Source: Octopus sinensis
Lineage: Eukaryota
Length of the DNA stretch: 64,000 nucleotides
Assembly: GCF_006345805.1 (NCBI RefSeq)
Contig: NC_043000.1
Span: forward strand, 137,082,001-137,146,000
Direction of reading: 5' to 3'
The notes under the pieces were generated by a model. The model was not told where the DNA came from. It did no database searches and saw only the letters and a program-made list of their open reading frames with translations. This document shows, piece by piece, positions 52,795 to 64,000 of the stretch; within the stretch, counting starts at the first letter, position 1; every line of letters starts with the position of its first letter. The position numbers and the translations under genes are program-made.

Positions 52795-52985
52795 GATTTC
52801 AAATTTTGGCACAAGACCAGCAATTTCATGGGAGGGAGAGAGTCGATTACATCGAGCCCAGTACTCAACTGGTACTTATTTTATCGACCCCGAAAGGATA
52901 AAAGCAATGTCGACCTCGGCAGAATTTGAACTCAGAACGTGAAGACAGACAAAAAGTATTTTGCCCGGCGTGCTAACGATTCTGC
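52795..52985 (-). mobile_element. Family-B SINE
   Basis: Meta-like domain. Confidence 0.85.
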
Positions 52986-53101
52986 GAATTATGTAATTAT
53001 AATAATAATAATAATAATGAATAATAATAATAATAATAATAATAATATAATAATAATAATAATAATCTTAACTGGGATGCTAGAATGCTTTTCATGTTTA
53101 G

Positions 53102-53344
53102 GATCTGCTCAATCAGGGCCAACATCGGATTAAACAGCAGCAGCAGCAGCCGTTCAGGAATTTGGACCTGGAGATTTCCATTTCCAGCGACTTCGAGGGC
53201 CACCCCCAGTGGTGTCGGGCGTCAACGAAGAGCCCTCGACTACAACAAGACGACCAAAGTTTTTTTTTCTTTTCCAAGGTCAGGGGTCTCCCGCTCCTAA
53301 GCCCCAGACAATCACCTAATCACCCTTACCCGTCTTTTGCTTAA
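53102..53344 (+). CDS. Candidate exon DLLNQGQHRIKQQQQQPFRNLDLEISISSDFEGHPQWCRASTKSPRLQQDDQ..SPRQSPNHPYPSFA*
   Basis: TTTTCATGTTTAG| acceptor, GC-rich unique island, 80 open codons; a second frame is also open. Confidence 0.4.
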   Translation, partial: DLLNQGQHRIKQQQQQPFRNLDLEISISSDFEGHPQWCRASTKSPRLQQDDQSFFFFSKVRGLPLLSPRQSPNHPYPSFA

Positions 53345-54609
53345 CAACAACAACAACAACACCAGCAACAACAACAACAACACCAGCAACAACAACAACA
53401 CCAGCAACAACAACAACAACAACAACAACAACAGCAACACAACAACAACAACAACAACAACAACAACACAACAACAACAACAACAACGTATCTCATCCTG
53501 GTGGCAGGGCTTGCTAAAAATAACAGTCGCAATCCCTTATAGCGTATCTCCTTGTTTCTTTTATTTACTTTTAAGATAATATTCCGGATGTAATGACAAT
53601 GATATAGTTGAAATTTATAGGAGACAGGTGTATGAACAACAAGGAAAACAATAGGGGATTATTTAAAGGAAATTTGGCATCACAATATTTCCAACGGGTC
53701 AAGCATAGAAGTTCATATACATATGGTATATCCAGTTTGAGATTAGATAACAATACAAGGCCCAGAACATCACGGATGAGTGTAAGCGGAGAAATTATGT
53801 ATGTATGTATGTATGTATGTATGTATGTATGTATGTATGTATGTATGTATGTATGTATGTATGCACCTATGATACTATGTATGTATAAATGTTTGTGTGT
53901 GTGTGTGTATATATGTAGTGTTACATAAATGTAATATTACATAGCAGTGTTAGTACTAGTAGTACAAGTAGTAGCAGTAATAGTTTTATAAGTAGTAGTA
54001 GCTCTATTTGTATACAATTCTTCCCAAATTTTTCTCGTCTGTCTGTCTGTTTGTCTTTCTGTCTATCTTTCTGTCTGTCTTTCTGTATGTCTGTCTGTCT
54101 GTCTGTCTCCCCCTCTCTCTCAAAGTTATGCCTATTTTTTAGGTATGATGTGTGTTCATCTGTTTAGCCTTGGTTTAATCCCCTTTGCCTTATTATTGTT
54201 ATAATGTGTCTGATGTGTCTGTCGTAAATTTGAAATGCTTCTATGGACAGAAGAGGATGAGTAAAATATTATGTATGTATGTATGTATGTATGTATGTAT
54301 GTATGTATGTACACATTTATCCATGTATATATACACGTATGTACGCATGTATGTATACGTGTGCGCATGTTTGCTTCCACATTAAGTTATCAAAAACAAT
54401 TTAACATTAAAATAAAGTACTTTTTTATTGTGAGGTATATAATTTTACAAGGGAAAAGTTGACAGTGAAATTTATATATGCACAAAAAAAAATTATCAGG
54501 GCTAATTTGTTTGACTAAAAATTATTGAAACTAGTGCTCCAGCATGGCCGCAGTTTAATGACTGAAACAAGTAAGCGATAAACGATAATATATACCCTTT
54601 TTTTTTTAA

Positions 54610-54809
54610 CTCTTTTTACTTGTTTCAGTCATTTGACTGCGGCCATGCTGGAGCACCGCCTTTAGTCGAGCAACTCGACCCCGGGACTTATTCTTTTTGT
54701 AAGCCTAGTACTTATTCTATCGGTCTCTTTTGCCGAACCGCTAAGTGACGGGGACGTAAACACACCAGCATCGGTTGTCAAGCAATGCTAGAGGGACAAA
54801 CACAGACAA

Positions 54810-54869
<60 letters not shown>

Positions 54870-55265
54870 GACAGGCTTCTTTCAGTTTCCGTCTACCAAA
54901 TCCACTCACAAGGCTTTGGTTGGCCCGAGGCTATAGCAGAAGACACTTGCCCAAGATGCCACGCAGTGGGACTGAACCCGGAACCATGTGGTTGGTTAGC
55001 AAGCTACTTACCACACAGCCTCTCCTGCGCCTATCTATACATATGGTATATCCAGTTTGGTATATATATATATATGTGTCTCTGTGTGTGTGTATGTGTA
55101 TGTGTGTGTGTGTGTGCATGTGTGCGTGTGTGTTTGTGTGTCTGTGTTTGTCCCCCCCAAAAGAGACCGATAGAATAAGTACTAAGCTTACAAAGAATAA
55201 GTCCTGGGGGTCAATTTGCTCGACTACAAAGGCGGTGCTCCAGCATGGCCACAGTCACATGACCG
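54610..55265. mobile_element. Family-A SINE minus (54610-55030) plus partial plus-strand copy (55075-55265)
   Basis: Inverted bodies. Confidence 0.88.
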
Positions 55266-55542
55266 AAGGTGCGGCTGTGTGGCAAAAAGTTTGATTTCCA
55301 ACCACACACACACACACACACATACACACACACACACACATATATATATGTATGTAACGAGAGAAAGAGGAAGAGGATGGAGCGAGAGAGAGAAAGGAGA
55401 GTAATTAATAGCAGCGCCGATTACAGTCGGATGGAAAAAAAGGAAATAGTGATGCTTCTACAGCGCGACTTCATATCCACCATCACCACCACTACCACCA
55501 CGACGTCCCCTCCTTCTGCTGCTGCTGCTGCTGCTGCTGCTT

Positions 55543-55582
<40 letters not shown>

Positions 55583-56045
55583 AATGCAGCTGGGTGTCGT
55601 TACCACTGTTATTATTTATCATTGTTATGACTGGTCTGCGCTTGCATATTCACCGCTGTAGTCATTAAGAAGTCGGCTGTTTTTCTGTTCCTTTTCCCGG
55701 TCGGGATTTTGTTTCCCCTTCTGAGGTTAAATGTGACAGTCATAAGAATAGTATTAAGTATTGCCGAAAAATAATGTTTTAATGAAATGATTCTGATATG
55801 ATATTTCTGGTTTAACGACTGAGAACGTGTTGTACCAGTAAACGTAATCTTACGAAGAAGGAACCAAGAATCCTGCAACCATTAAGCTATTAACACGTAC
55901 AAAAAACAAACAAAGAAAAAAAAAAACAAAAACAAAAAAGAAAAAAAAAACAATAATATCTCTTCAGATAGATTGTCCAGCGAATATGCAGCGGGTCCCC
56001 CCGCCACTTGCTTTTGTCGCAAACTACAACAATCCCTTAGTGCAA

Positions 56046-56100
56046 GGGCCCACCTTCGGGCCCACCTTCGGGCCCACCTTCGGGCCCACCTTCGGGTCAC
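56046..56100 (+). repeat. (GGGCCCACCTTC)x4 plus partial
   Basis: Perfect 12-mer tandem. Confidence 0.97.
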
Positions 56101-56299
56101 ACAGTAAGAACAAATTTTAAACTTTTATTTCTATTTTATTGACTATCGTAGTCTGCAGGGTGTTTTGGCATTATATAAATACTATATATGTAATGTTTAT
56201 CTAAAACTTAAACTATATACACTATGTACTTTGTCGTGTTTTATCATGCACGTTACATCCCGACCCGTAGTATAATTTCCTTGCGTGGAACAGGTATAT

Positions 56300-56326
56300 G
56301 GTGCCAAAAAAATTTGGGAACCGCTG
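56300..56326. mobile_element. hAT-Charlie-like terminal inverted repeat
   Basis: GGTGCCAAAAAAATTTGGGAACCGCTG resembles the reverse complement of CAGCGGTCCCCAACCTTTTTGGCACC. Confidence 0.6.
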
Positions 56327-57175
56327 CCCTCGGGCGCAAAAACCTGCGGGCAGCGCACAAATTCTGAACAACAGAATCTCTGAATTCAACTAAGAACACA
56401 AGTATCAGAAATAACGAGAACTGGAGAAATCAGCCCTAGAATAGAGAAGGATGGAAGACAGGACAAGAGTGGGGGGAAAAAAAGATTAAGGGGTCGTGTA
56501 GCGAAATATTTAACAGTTTTTTCTAGATAAAAGGTATATGCGTAAGTGATATGCATTATAATAATGCTATAAATAAATTTCTGATGAGCAAATTAATTAT
56601 AATTTTTCAACAATAATTTTTCGCTTGGGTAATAAAGGCGAGAGCCAGAAGAATTTGTAGAAATAATTGTTAAAGGGGGTGCACATAGTAAGACTGAAAG
56701 AAAGGAGGCGTACATGGTAATGCTGGGAGTAAAGATGCACATTGTATGACTACAAGAAGTGGTGCACACTGTACGAGGGCTGCGAGAAGGATTTACACGT
56801 AGCAGGACTGGGAGAAGAAGGTTAGTGTCATAGAGCTGGGAGAAGGGAGGCACATTGAGGGCTTGGAGAACGGGGAAACGTAGTGTAGCCTGGGATATAA
56901 AGGGCGCATCTTGAAGAGCTACGAGAACGGGTGAACACATTATGGAGTTGGAGGCACGTAAAGTAAAACTGAGAGAAAGGAGCGCGCGTTCTGAGCTAGG
57001 ATAAGATACATATTGTAAAGCTGGGAGAAGTGTAGAACACAAAGTAAGACTTGCAGAAGTCGTTAAATATCCTGGGATATATCGTTTTGCTCGAAATAAA
57101 ATATCCTTTATTCAAATATACAGACATATATCTACATATACACATGCATACTCTCACACACACACACACACAAAT

Positions 57176-57497
57176 ATTGTTGACTGACCATGGGATTGCA
57201 CCTAGAAAGTTACCCTCCATGGCACAAGTCCGGGCAAGGTTGTTCATGGAAGACCAACAGTCGCCCTTGCATACCAGCCTCCCCTCTCAACACCACTGAT
57301 GTTATCCAAGGGAAAGGCAACAGCAGATACAGCTTGGCACCTGTGACGTCGCAACTCATTTCTACAGCTGAGTGAACTGGAGCAACGTGAAATAAAGTGT
57401 CTTGCTTAAGAACACAACACGCAGCCCGCTCCAGGATTCGAACCCACAACCTCACGATCGTAAGCTCGACGCTCTAACCACTGAGCCATACGCCTTC
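57176..57497 (-). mobile_element. tRNA(Arg)-like CORE-type SINE (family F)
   Basis: Head GGCGTATGGCTCAGTGG..GGTTCGAATCC, CTTAAGCAAGACACTTTA core. Confidence 0.88.
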
Positions 57498-57699
57498 ACA
57501 CACAAATACACACACACTCTCTCTCTCTTTCTCTCTCTCTCTCTTTCTCTCTCACACACACACATATATACATATATATTTAAATAAATATCCATATTTT
57601 TCATACATATGTATATGTATGTAAGTGTAGGGGCAAGTGTGGATGCGACGCTGATCAAAAGATGGTTTTTACATCATAAAATATCAAATATAGTGCAGC

Positions 57700-58263
57700 T
57701 CAAAAAGGTGGATCTATAGGAAAATAAATTGCTTGTTATACTTTCTTCTGGACCAAGAATTGCGATTTGAGCAACGATATTTGGTAGAAGATTAATATGT
57801 CCGTGTTTTTTTTATAGTCACAATGATGTAACAACAAGCCATCCGTACGGTACTATCCTTTCTTTCCCTAAATTAGAAAACATTCTTTTGATGGAACGAC
57901 GTGAAATACGATTTTAACAAGAAGATGCTTCATCACATTATAGCGACAGAGCAAGGTATTTAGATGAAGTCTTTCCAGAGATATAGATTACGAAACCGAG
58001 TCCAGCTGAATGGTCATCGAGGTCTCCAGACGCGACGCCTCTAATATTTTGTTTCTTTTGGGGGTTATCTGAAGCCAAGAGTCTACATCAATTGTAGCAG
58101 TGTACATCAATTGAAATCGAGGTGTTCATGAACTGAAGAAGGAATCGTAGATACATGTGATAACATCAATAGCGATACACCCTTCGAAGGTCCAAAGTTC
58201 ATACATCCACTGGTATCAAAAAATGTTTAGATGTGGAGATTGACCTTTGGACCATCCTGTAAT
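57700..58263 (+). pseudogene. rosa/maT-like (DDxxD) mariner-family transposase remnant with TIR
   Basis: QEDASSHY..LDEVFP..WSSRSPDATP..FFWGYLKPRVY; ends GGACCATCCTGTA. Confidence 0.75.
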
Positions 58264-58362
58264 ATATACTTTTTTCATACATAGATACATACATTGGTAT
58301 ATGCGCGCGTGCATACATACATACATACATACATACATACATACATACATACATACATACAT

Positions 58363-58402
<40 letters not shown>

Positions 58403-58579
58403 ACATACATACATACACACATACATACATACATACGTACATACATACATACATACAGGCAGACAAACAGACGGACACGTATATATGTATTTATGTAAGC
58501 ATGTATACATGTAAATATATCATTTTATGTGTGTAACTATAAGCATATTTGCATGTATGCATGTGTGTGTGTATATATA

Positions 58580-58669
58580 TATATTCACACACATACATAC
58601 ACAAGCACATATATGTGTATATACACTCAGACACATACAGCTAAGCGTGTACAGACAAGTGTGTGTGTG

Positions 58670-58731
<62 letters not shown>

Positions 58732-58929
58732 TCATACACATACATACACACGCACATATATGTGTATATACACTCAGACACATACAGCTAAGCGTGTACA
58801 GACAAGTGTGTGTGTGTGTACATATATATTATATATATATATATATTCATACACATACATACACACGCACATATATGTGTATATACACTCAGACACATAC
58901 AGCTAAGCGTGTACAGACAAGTGTGTGTG

Positions 58930-58967
<38 letters not shown>

Positions 58968-59045
58968 TACACATACATACACACGCACATATATATGTGT
59001 ATATACACTCACACACATACAGCTATGCATGCACAGACGAGTGTG
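58580..59045. repeat. Four tandem ~115-147 bp units built on microsatellite
   Basis: CTCAGACACATACAGCTAAGCGTGTACAGACAAG near 58626, 58773, 58888; diverged copy near 59008. Confidence 0.9.
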
Positions 59046-60162
59046 TGTGTGTGGTGTGTGTGTGTGTGCATGCGTTTGTACATTTCTGTAACCATATTCA
59101 TTTCAGAATAATAGAAATACAAAGGAAAAAGGAAATTGAAAGAAAAGAAAAGAAATGGAAAAGAAAAAATAATGGCGAGAGGAAATATTGGCAAGTCATT
59201 CTTCGATCTTTATCGCACCATAGGAATTGCTTTTGAATTTTATTTCTTTTTAAACAATATAAGATTTAAAAAAGAAAAATGTTTTCCTTAACATAAAAAT
59301 ATGTCAATTAATTTTTAATTTAATTTGTAAATGCTTACAGCTATATTCTCATTTATCAGCATGGGATATCGAGATAGGGAAGATATTGTGAGATTAGCAG
59401 TCAATTCGCTGGAACTAAGAAGCTGTGTATATTTTAATTAAATCATGAAATATTTCCGCATACCCAGAGAGCAGATTGATATTTGTTTGTTTGTTTATTG
59501 AATTTATTTATTGTATTTTGCAGTTCGTTAACAATGGCGTTCTTGGTTACTGGTTACCAACGGATCAATCACTGGTTCATTGCGTTTATGATGGCAAGAG
59601 TGACAAGGGATTGTGCGTGCGTCTCGGGCGGAGAAAATATAATAAGGGGCTTCGTACAAAAGCAGTGTTTTAATTTTATTTTATCGCCAATATTTACATC
59701 ACCGAAAGACACCTACATATACAAACTCATATATACATAACCTACATACACGTACTTAATACATACATACATACATACATTCATACATACATATAGACGT
59801 ACATGTGTACACATAGAGACAGACAGGCAGACAGACACACACACAAACACACACACACAAATCCCCACACAATTACTTACACATGTACAATGTGCTGCCA
59901 GAAAGTTTCTCTCAGCCGAATTTCACTCACAGGCCATTCGTCAACCGGAGCCTATAGTAAAAACACACCTGCTGAAGGTGACACAGAGTAGGAATGCGGG
60001 ACGTACGTATATACATACACACAGACCACCTACACACATTTCTGTTTGTTAACGTTAGTAGTTTGAAAGCCAACCATTATGAGTGTAATGTTTATATCAG
60101 TCGACTGCCCGAACATCTAACTGATTATCTCCCATTACACCAACGGCCTCCTTGCATTTGTA

Positions 60163-60560
60163 CTCTTTTACTTGTTTCAGTCATGTGACTGCGGCCATGC
60201 TGGAACACCGCCTTTAGTCGAGCAAATCGATCCCAGGACGTATTCTTTGTAGGCCTAGTACTTATTCTATCGCTCTCTTTTTGCCGAACAACTAATTTAC
60301 GGGTACGTAAACACACCAGCATCGATTGTCAAGCGATGTTGGTGGGGTCAAACCCAGAGATACAAACATATACACACACATACATACATATATATATACA
60401 TATATACGACGGGCTTCTTTCAGTTTCCGTCTGCCAAATCCACTCACAAGACTTTGGTCGGCCCGAGGCTATAGTAGAAGACACTTGCCCAAGGTACCAC
60501 GCGGTGGGACTGAACCCGGAATCATGTGGTTCGTAAGCAAGCTACTTACCACACAGCCAC
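60163..60560 (-). mobile_element. Family-A SINE
   Basis: Head/core/tail. Confidence 0.9.
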
Positions 60561-60902
60561 CTTACGAAAACGATGAAATAAATACCAAAGAATGTACAGA
60601 CGTCGATATAATAAACTGAAAAAGCTGAAATCTGTGCCCCAGCAAGGCCGTAAGTTAATAATTCAAACCAACAAAAGAATATAAGGAGAATTTATGCGCA
60701 TGAATCTGGCGGCAAAAATTAAATATTTTTTAAAGTCAGAAGTATCAAGAATCCATAGAACTATATATCTGTACGTGTTGTTTTTGTTACGATTGTAGTG
60801 GTTTCGACCCAGGGCAGACCTGGTTGGAGCAGGCCTATGATCCATGACATTCCGATTGTGACCAATTCCTCTTTTGTTTTCCAATATAGTGTTCATCTGC
60901 GA

Positions 60903-61142
60903 CTATATTTATTTCTTTACTACCCACAAGGGGCTAAACACAGAAGGGACAAACAAGGACAGACAAACAGATTAAGCCGATTACATCGACCCTAGTGCGT
61001 AACTGGTACTTAATTTATCGACCCCGAAAGGATGAAAGGCAAAGTCGACCTCGGCGGAATTTGAACTCAGAACGTAGCGACAGACGAAATATGGCTACAC
61101 ATTTCGCCCGGCGTGCTAACGTTTATGCCAGCTCGCCGCCTT
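60903..61142 (-). mobile_element. Family-B SINE monomer, full
   Basis: Head, domain and tail. Confidence 0.92.
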
Positions 61143-61677
61143 AATCTGTGACTATATTATCCCAGTGTGCTTTTCTGCATTTGAGAAAGTCCGGTGTAGT
61201 TTGAAGGAGATTTTGCCTACAATATTTAGCAGGTTGATGGACTGCATTGACGCTTATCTTGTTAACTCGTATCTCTGCGTGTTCCCTTAACAATATTATG
61301 GAGCCTGTCTGCCATACAGATTGTTGCTGTTGCTGTTGCTGCTGCTATTGCTGCTGTGCAGCACGGATCTTGAGAGAGTAATTACTTGGATCGGACTGCA
61401 TGATTTTTCACTAAGTATACATAATTAATAACCTTCCAAGTTACGTTGAACAGGCTTATTGCAATATCCTCATCAGACATACTGCGAACTAGTTATTACC
61501 GACACGCGCGTACGCACGCACACACAAGCATAAACTCACGCACATACGTACAAAGGGGTGCACGGAAACATAGATACGCACAGAGACACATACGCAAACG
61601 TGCATCTACAAATATACGCGTAAACACGCTGAGATACAAACATATACTAACATACACACAACCATACAGTCACTCGT

Positions 61678-61709
<32 letters not shown>

Positions 61710-61865
61710 CACACACACACACACACCATACATACAGAGATAGATACAATTCATAAATTGTTTTCCACCTCATAGACACCTATACAGACCTGCACACAAG
61801 AAACATACATTAAGACACAGGCATCCACATACATATATACGCAAACGCATATTTTTTAACTTGCT

Positions 61866-62072
61866 ACAGTCGTAAGACTGCGGCCATGCTGGGGCACCGC
61901 CTTGAGGAATTTTAGTCGGTCGAACTAACAGTCCCCAATACTTGTTTTGAAACCTGGTACTTATTCTATCGGTCTCTTTGCCGAACCGCTAAGTTACGGG
62001 GATGTAAACACACCATCACCGGTCGTCAGTCGGTGAGTGGGACAAATACAGACACAAAGATACACGTACACA
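61866..62072 (-). mobile_element. Family-A-related SINE 3' part
   Basis: GACTGCGGCCATGCTGGGGCACCGCC..GCCGAACCGCTAAG. Confidence 0.8.
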
Positions 62073-62159
62073 AATATATATATATATAAATAAACGAAAA
62101 ATTAAATGTAGGCATAAATTAAATTACTTATATAAGTTTAGCTAATTTGTGTATATATA

Positions 62160-62610
62160 TAAAGGGAAGCTTTACGGAAATAAACAAAAGACGAAGGCAG
62201 GTGGAGTACAAACAAACAATTGTGTTAGTATGGCGCTCAGGAATAGAAATAAAACAAGTCTTTTACGTTTCGAGCCTACGCTCTTCAACAGAAAGATGCA
62301 CAGAAAAGAAATACGGAGAGAAACAAGGAGAGAAAAAAAATGCGTGCAGGAGCTAACGACTCAACATGGCGGTCTGATTTCAGCCAGAAGTCAGAGATCA
62401 GACGCTTGACGCAAGAGGGATAGTAGGGGAGATAACAGGGTCAAATGACCTCGCCCCAACATAAGGGTGCGTGTGTGTATGAGAGAGTATGTATGTGCGT
62501 ATTCTACCAATACCACTACCAACTCTTACCTCTGCATTGGATTTTTCTTACCTCCTGGATACTTACCTCTGGATGCACCTCTCTTTCACGGATCAAAGTG
62601 ACTTTGTTAT
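62160..62610 (-). mobile_element. ~450-bp Penelope-like non-autonomous element with minimal HHR motif, flanked by (TA)n (family D)
   Basis: TCTTT-CTGTTGA-A-GAGC-GTAG-GCTC-GAAACGTA-AAAGA at 62296-62259. Confidence 0.7.
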
Positions 62611-63489
62611 TATATATATAAACCCTGTTTTATGTTACTAATTGTAGTAATTATAGTTTGTAGTAGTAAAATGTGTATAAATTAGCACGAGATTGTATAG
62701 TCTATATTAAATAATCAGAATAAGTTGAAAATTAAATGTTTATAAAATAAATTAATGAATTAATGAAAATAGATTAAATTATAGAAATTTAGCTTAATTT
62801 ATGTTTATTATATTATGTATTTCACGTAATTAGCATTTAAAATATTTAGACTTTACAATTTCTCCAGTTAATAGTATATTAAAGTTAATTTTTTTCCTTA
62901 TTCTTACAGCCAAAATACATTTGTAATTTTAATAGCTTTAATACATCTATTTCTTATATAAATTCTATTTACGCCATATTTTCACGCGATATATTTCTTA
63001 TATTTCTAATAAACGCTAAGTTTGACGTTTCATGTTTAAATTGTTAGTTAACGATAATCCTTCGACAAGATAAGTTATATTTATATTTTAAGAACTATTG
63101 TTAAATGTTTTTCGATTATTTATAGTTAATATGCGTATTTATTTATATATTTCTTTGATAATTAGTATAAATTAAGATAAGTACATTTATTCTATTATCA
63201 TTTCTTATTTTTAATTAGTTATTATCTTAGACTTCATGAGTGACTATATTTTTAGATAGAATTAATTTTAGTTCGATTAAATTTTGAATCGAATTGATTT
63301 TATTATTATCATCTATTTGAAAATATAGCCATGAAACGTACGTAGTCTTTTTACTACAATTTACAATTTTTTTGTACTTTATTTACCTAAAGTAAGTTTT
63401 TTTACAGTATATGTTTTCTATATGGTGTGAATAACATCTTTCTTTATTGAATTGTTCAATAGTGGTTTTTCTCTAAATTATATACATAA

Positions 63490-63533
<44 letters not shown>

Positions 63534-63574
63534 ACACGCACACACACACACACGCACACACACACATATTATAT

Positions 63575-63712
63575 ACGATAGGATTCTTTCAATTTCCGTC
63601 TACCAAATCCACTCACAAGGCTTTGGTTGGCCCGAGGCTATAGAAGGTGTCACGCAGTGGGACTGAACCCCGAACCATGTGGTTGGGAAGCAAACTTCTT
63701 ACCACAGAGACA
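63575..63712 (-). mobile_element. Family-A SINE 5' part
   Basis: Head and core with deletion. Confidence 0.8.
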
Positions 63713-63832
63713 TACCTGAGCATATACATACAATTTGTAATTAACGGCTTATCTCACCCACTGGCGTAATATAGTAAACTGCTTGTTCATTCTTTCGTGG
63801 TCAAAATCATCCAACAATAATGAATCAGTCAT

Positions 63833-64000
63833 AAGGTGGCGAGCTGGCAGAAACGTTAGCATGACAGGCAAAATGCTTAGCGGTATTTCGTCTGTCGTTA
63901 CGTTCTGAGTTCAAATTCCGCCGAGGTCAACTTTGCCTTTCATCCTTTCGGGGTCGATTAAATAAGTACCAGTTACGCACTGGGGTCGATGTAATCGATT
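63833..64000 (+). mobile_element. Family-B SINE, runs off the window
   Basis: Head and Meta-like domain. Confidence 0.9.

Noticed and set aside
53215-53250. RQRRALD resembling the TGF-beta1 cleavage site
   Set aside because: No downstream cysteine-knot residues

Overview
AT-rich, repeat-dense eukaryotic genomic DNA, most likely a coleoid cephalopod (Octopus-type SINE families; inference). No complete protein-coding gene, rRNA, true tRNA or CRISPR array can be supported; most ORF-track entries are microsatellite or SINE translations. Content: ~20 copies of a CORE-like tRNA-SINE with an internal (TA)n(TG)n tract; ~15 Meta-domain-like SINE units, including tandem multimers; three other SINE families; decayed Tc1 (x3, one with an intron), rosa-like, hAT, Helitron, RTE and R4/Dong (RLE) elements; MITEs with 8-bp and TTAA TSDs; long microsatellites; and a 100-N gap at which CpG content changes sharply. 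Main signal: at least four unrelated repeat contexts carry hammerhead-ribozyme (HHR) motifs, including tRNA-headed SINE/HHR chimeras found twice as head-to-head pairs and one canonical-core type I HHR at 46087-46132. Several candidate exons were found by eye, including a plus-strand micro-exon chain that could encode an amidated neuropeptide-like sequence. These are unverified predictions.
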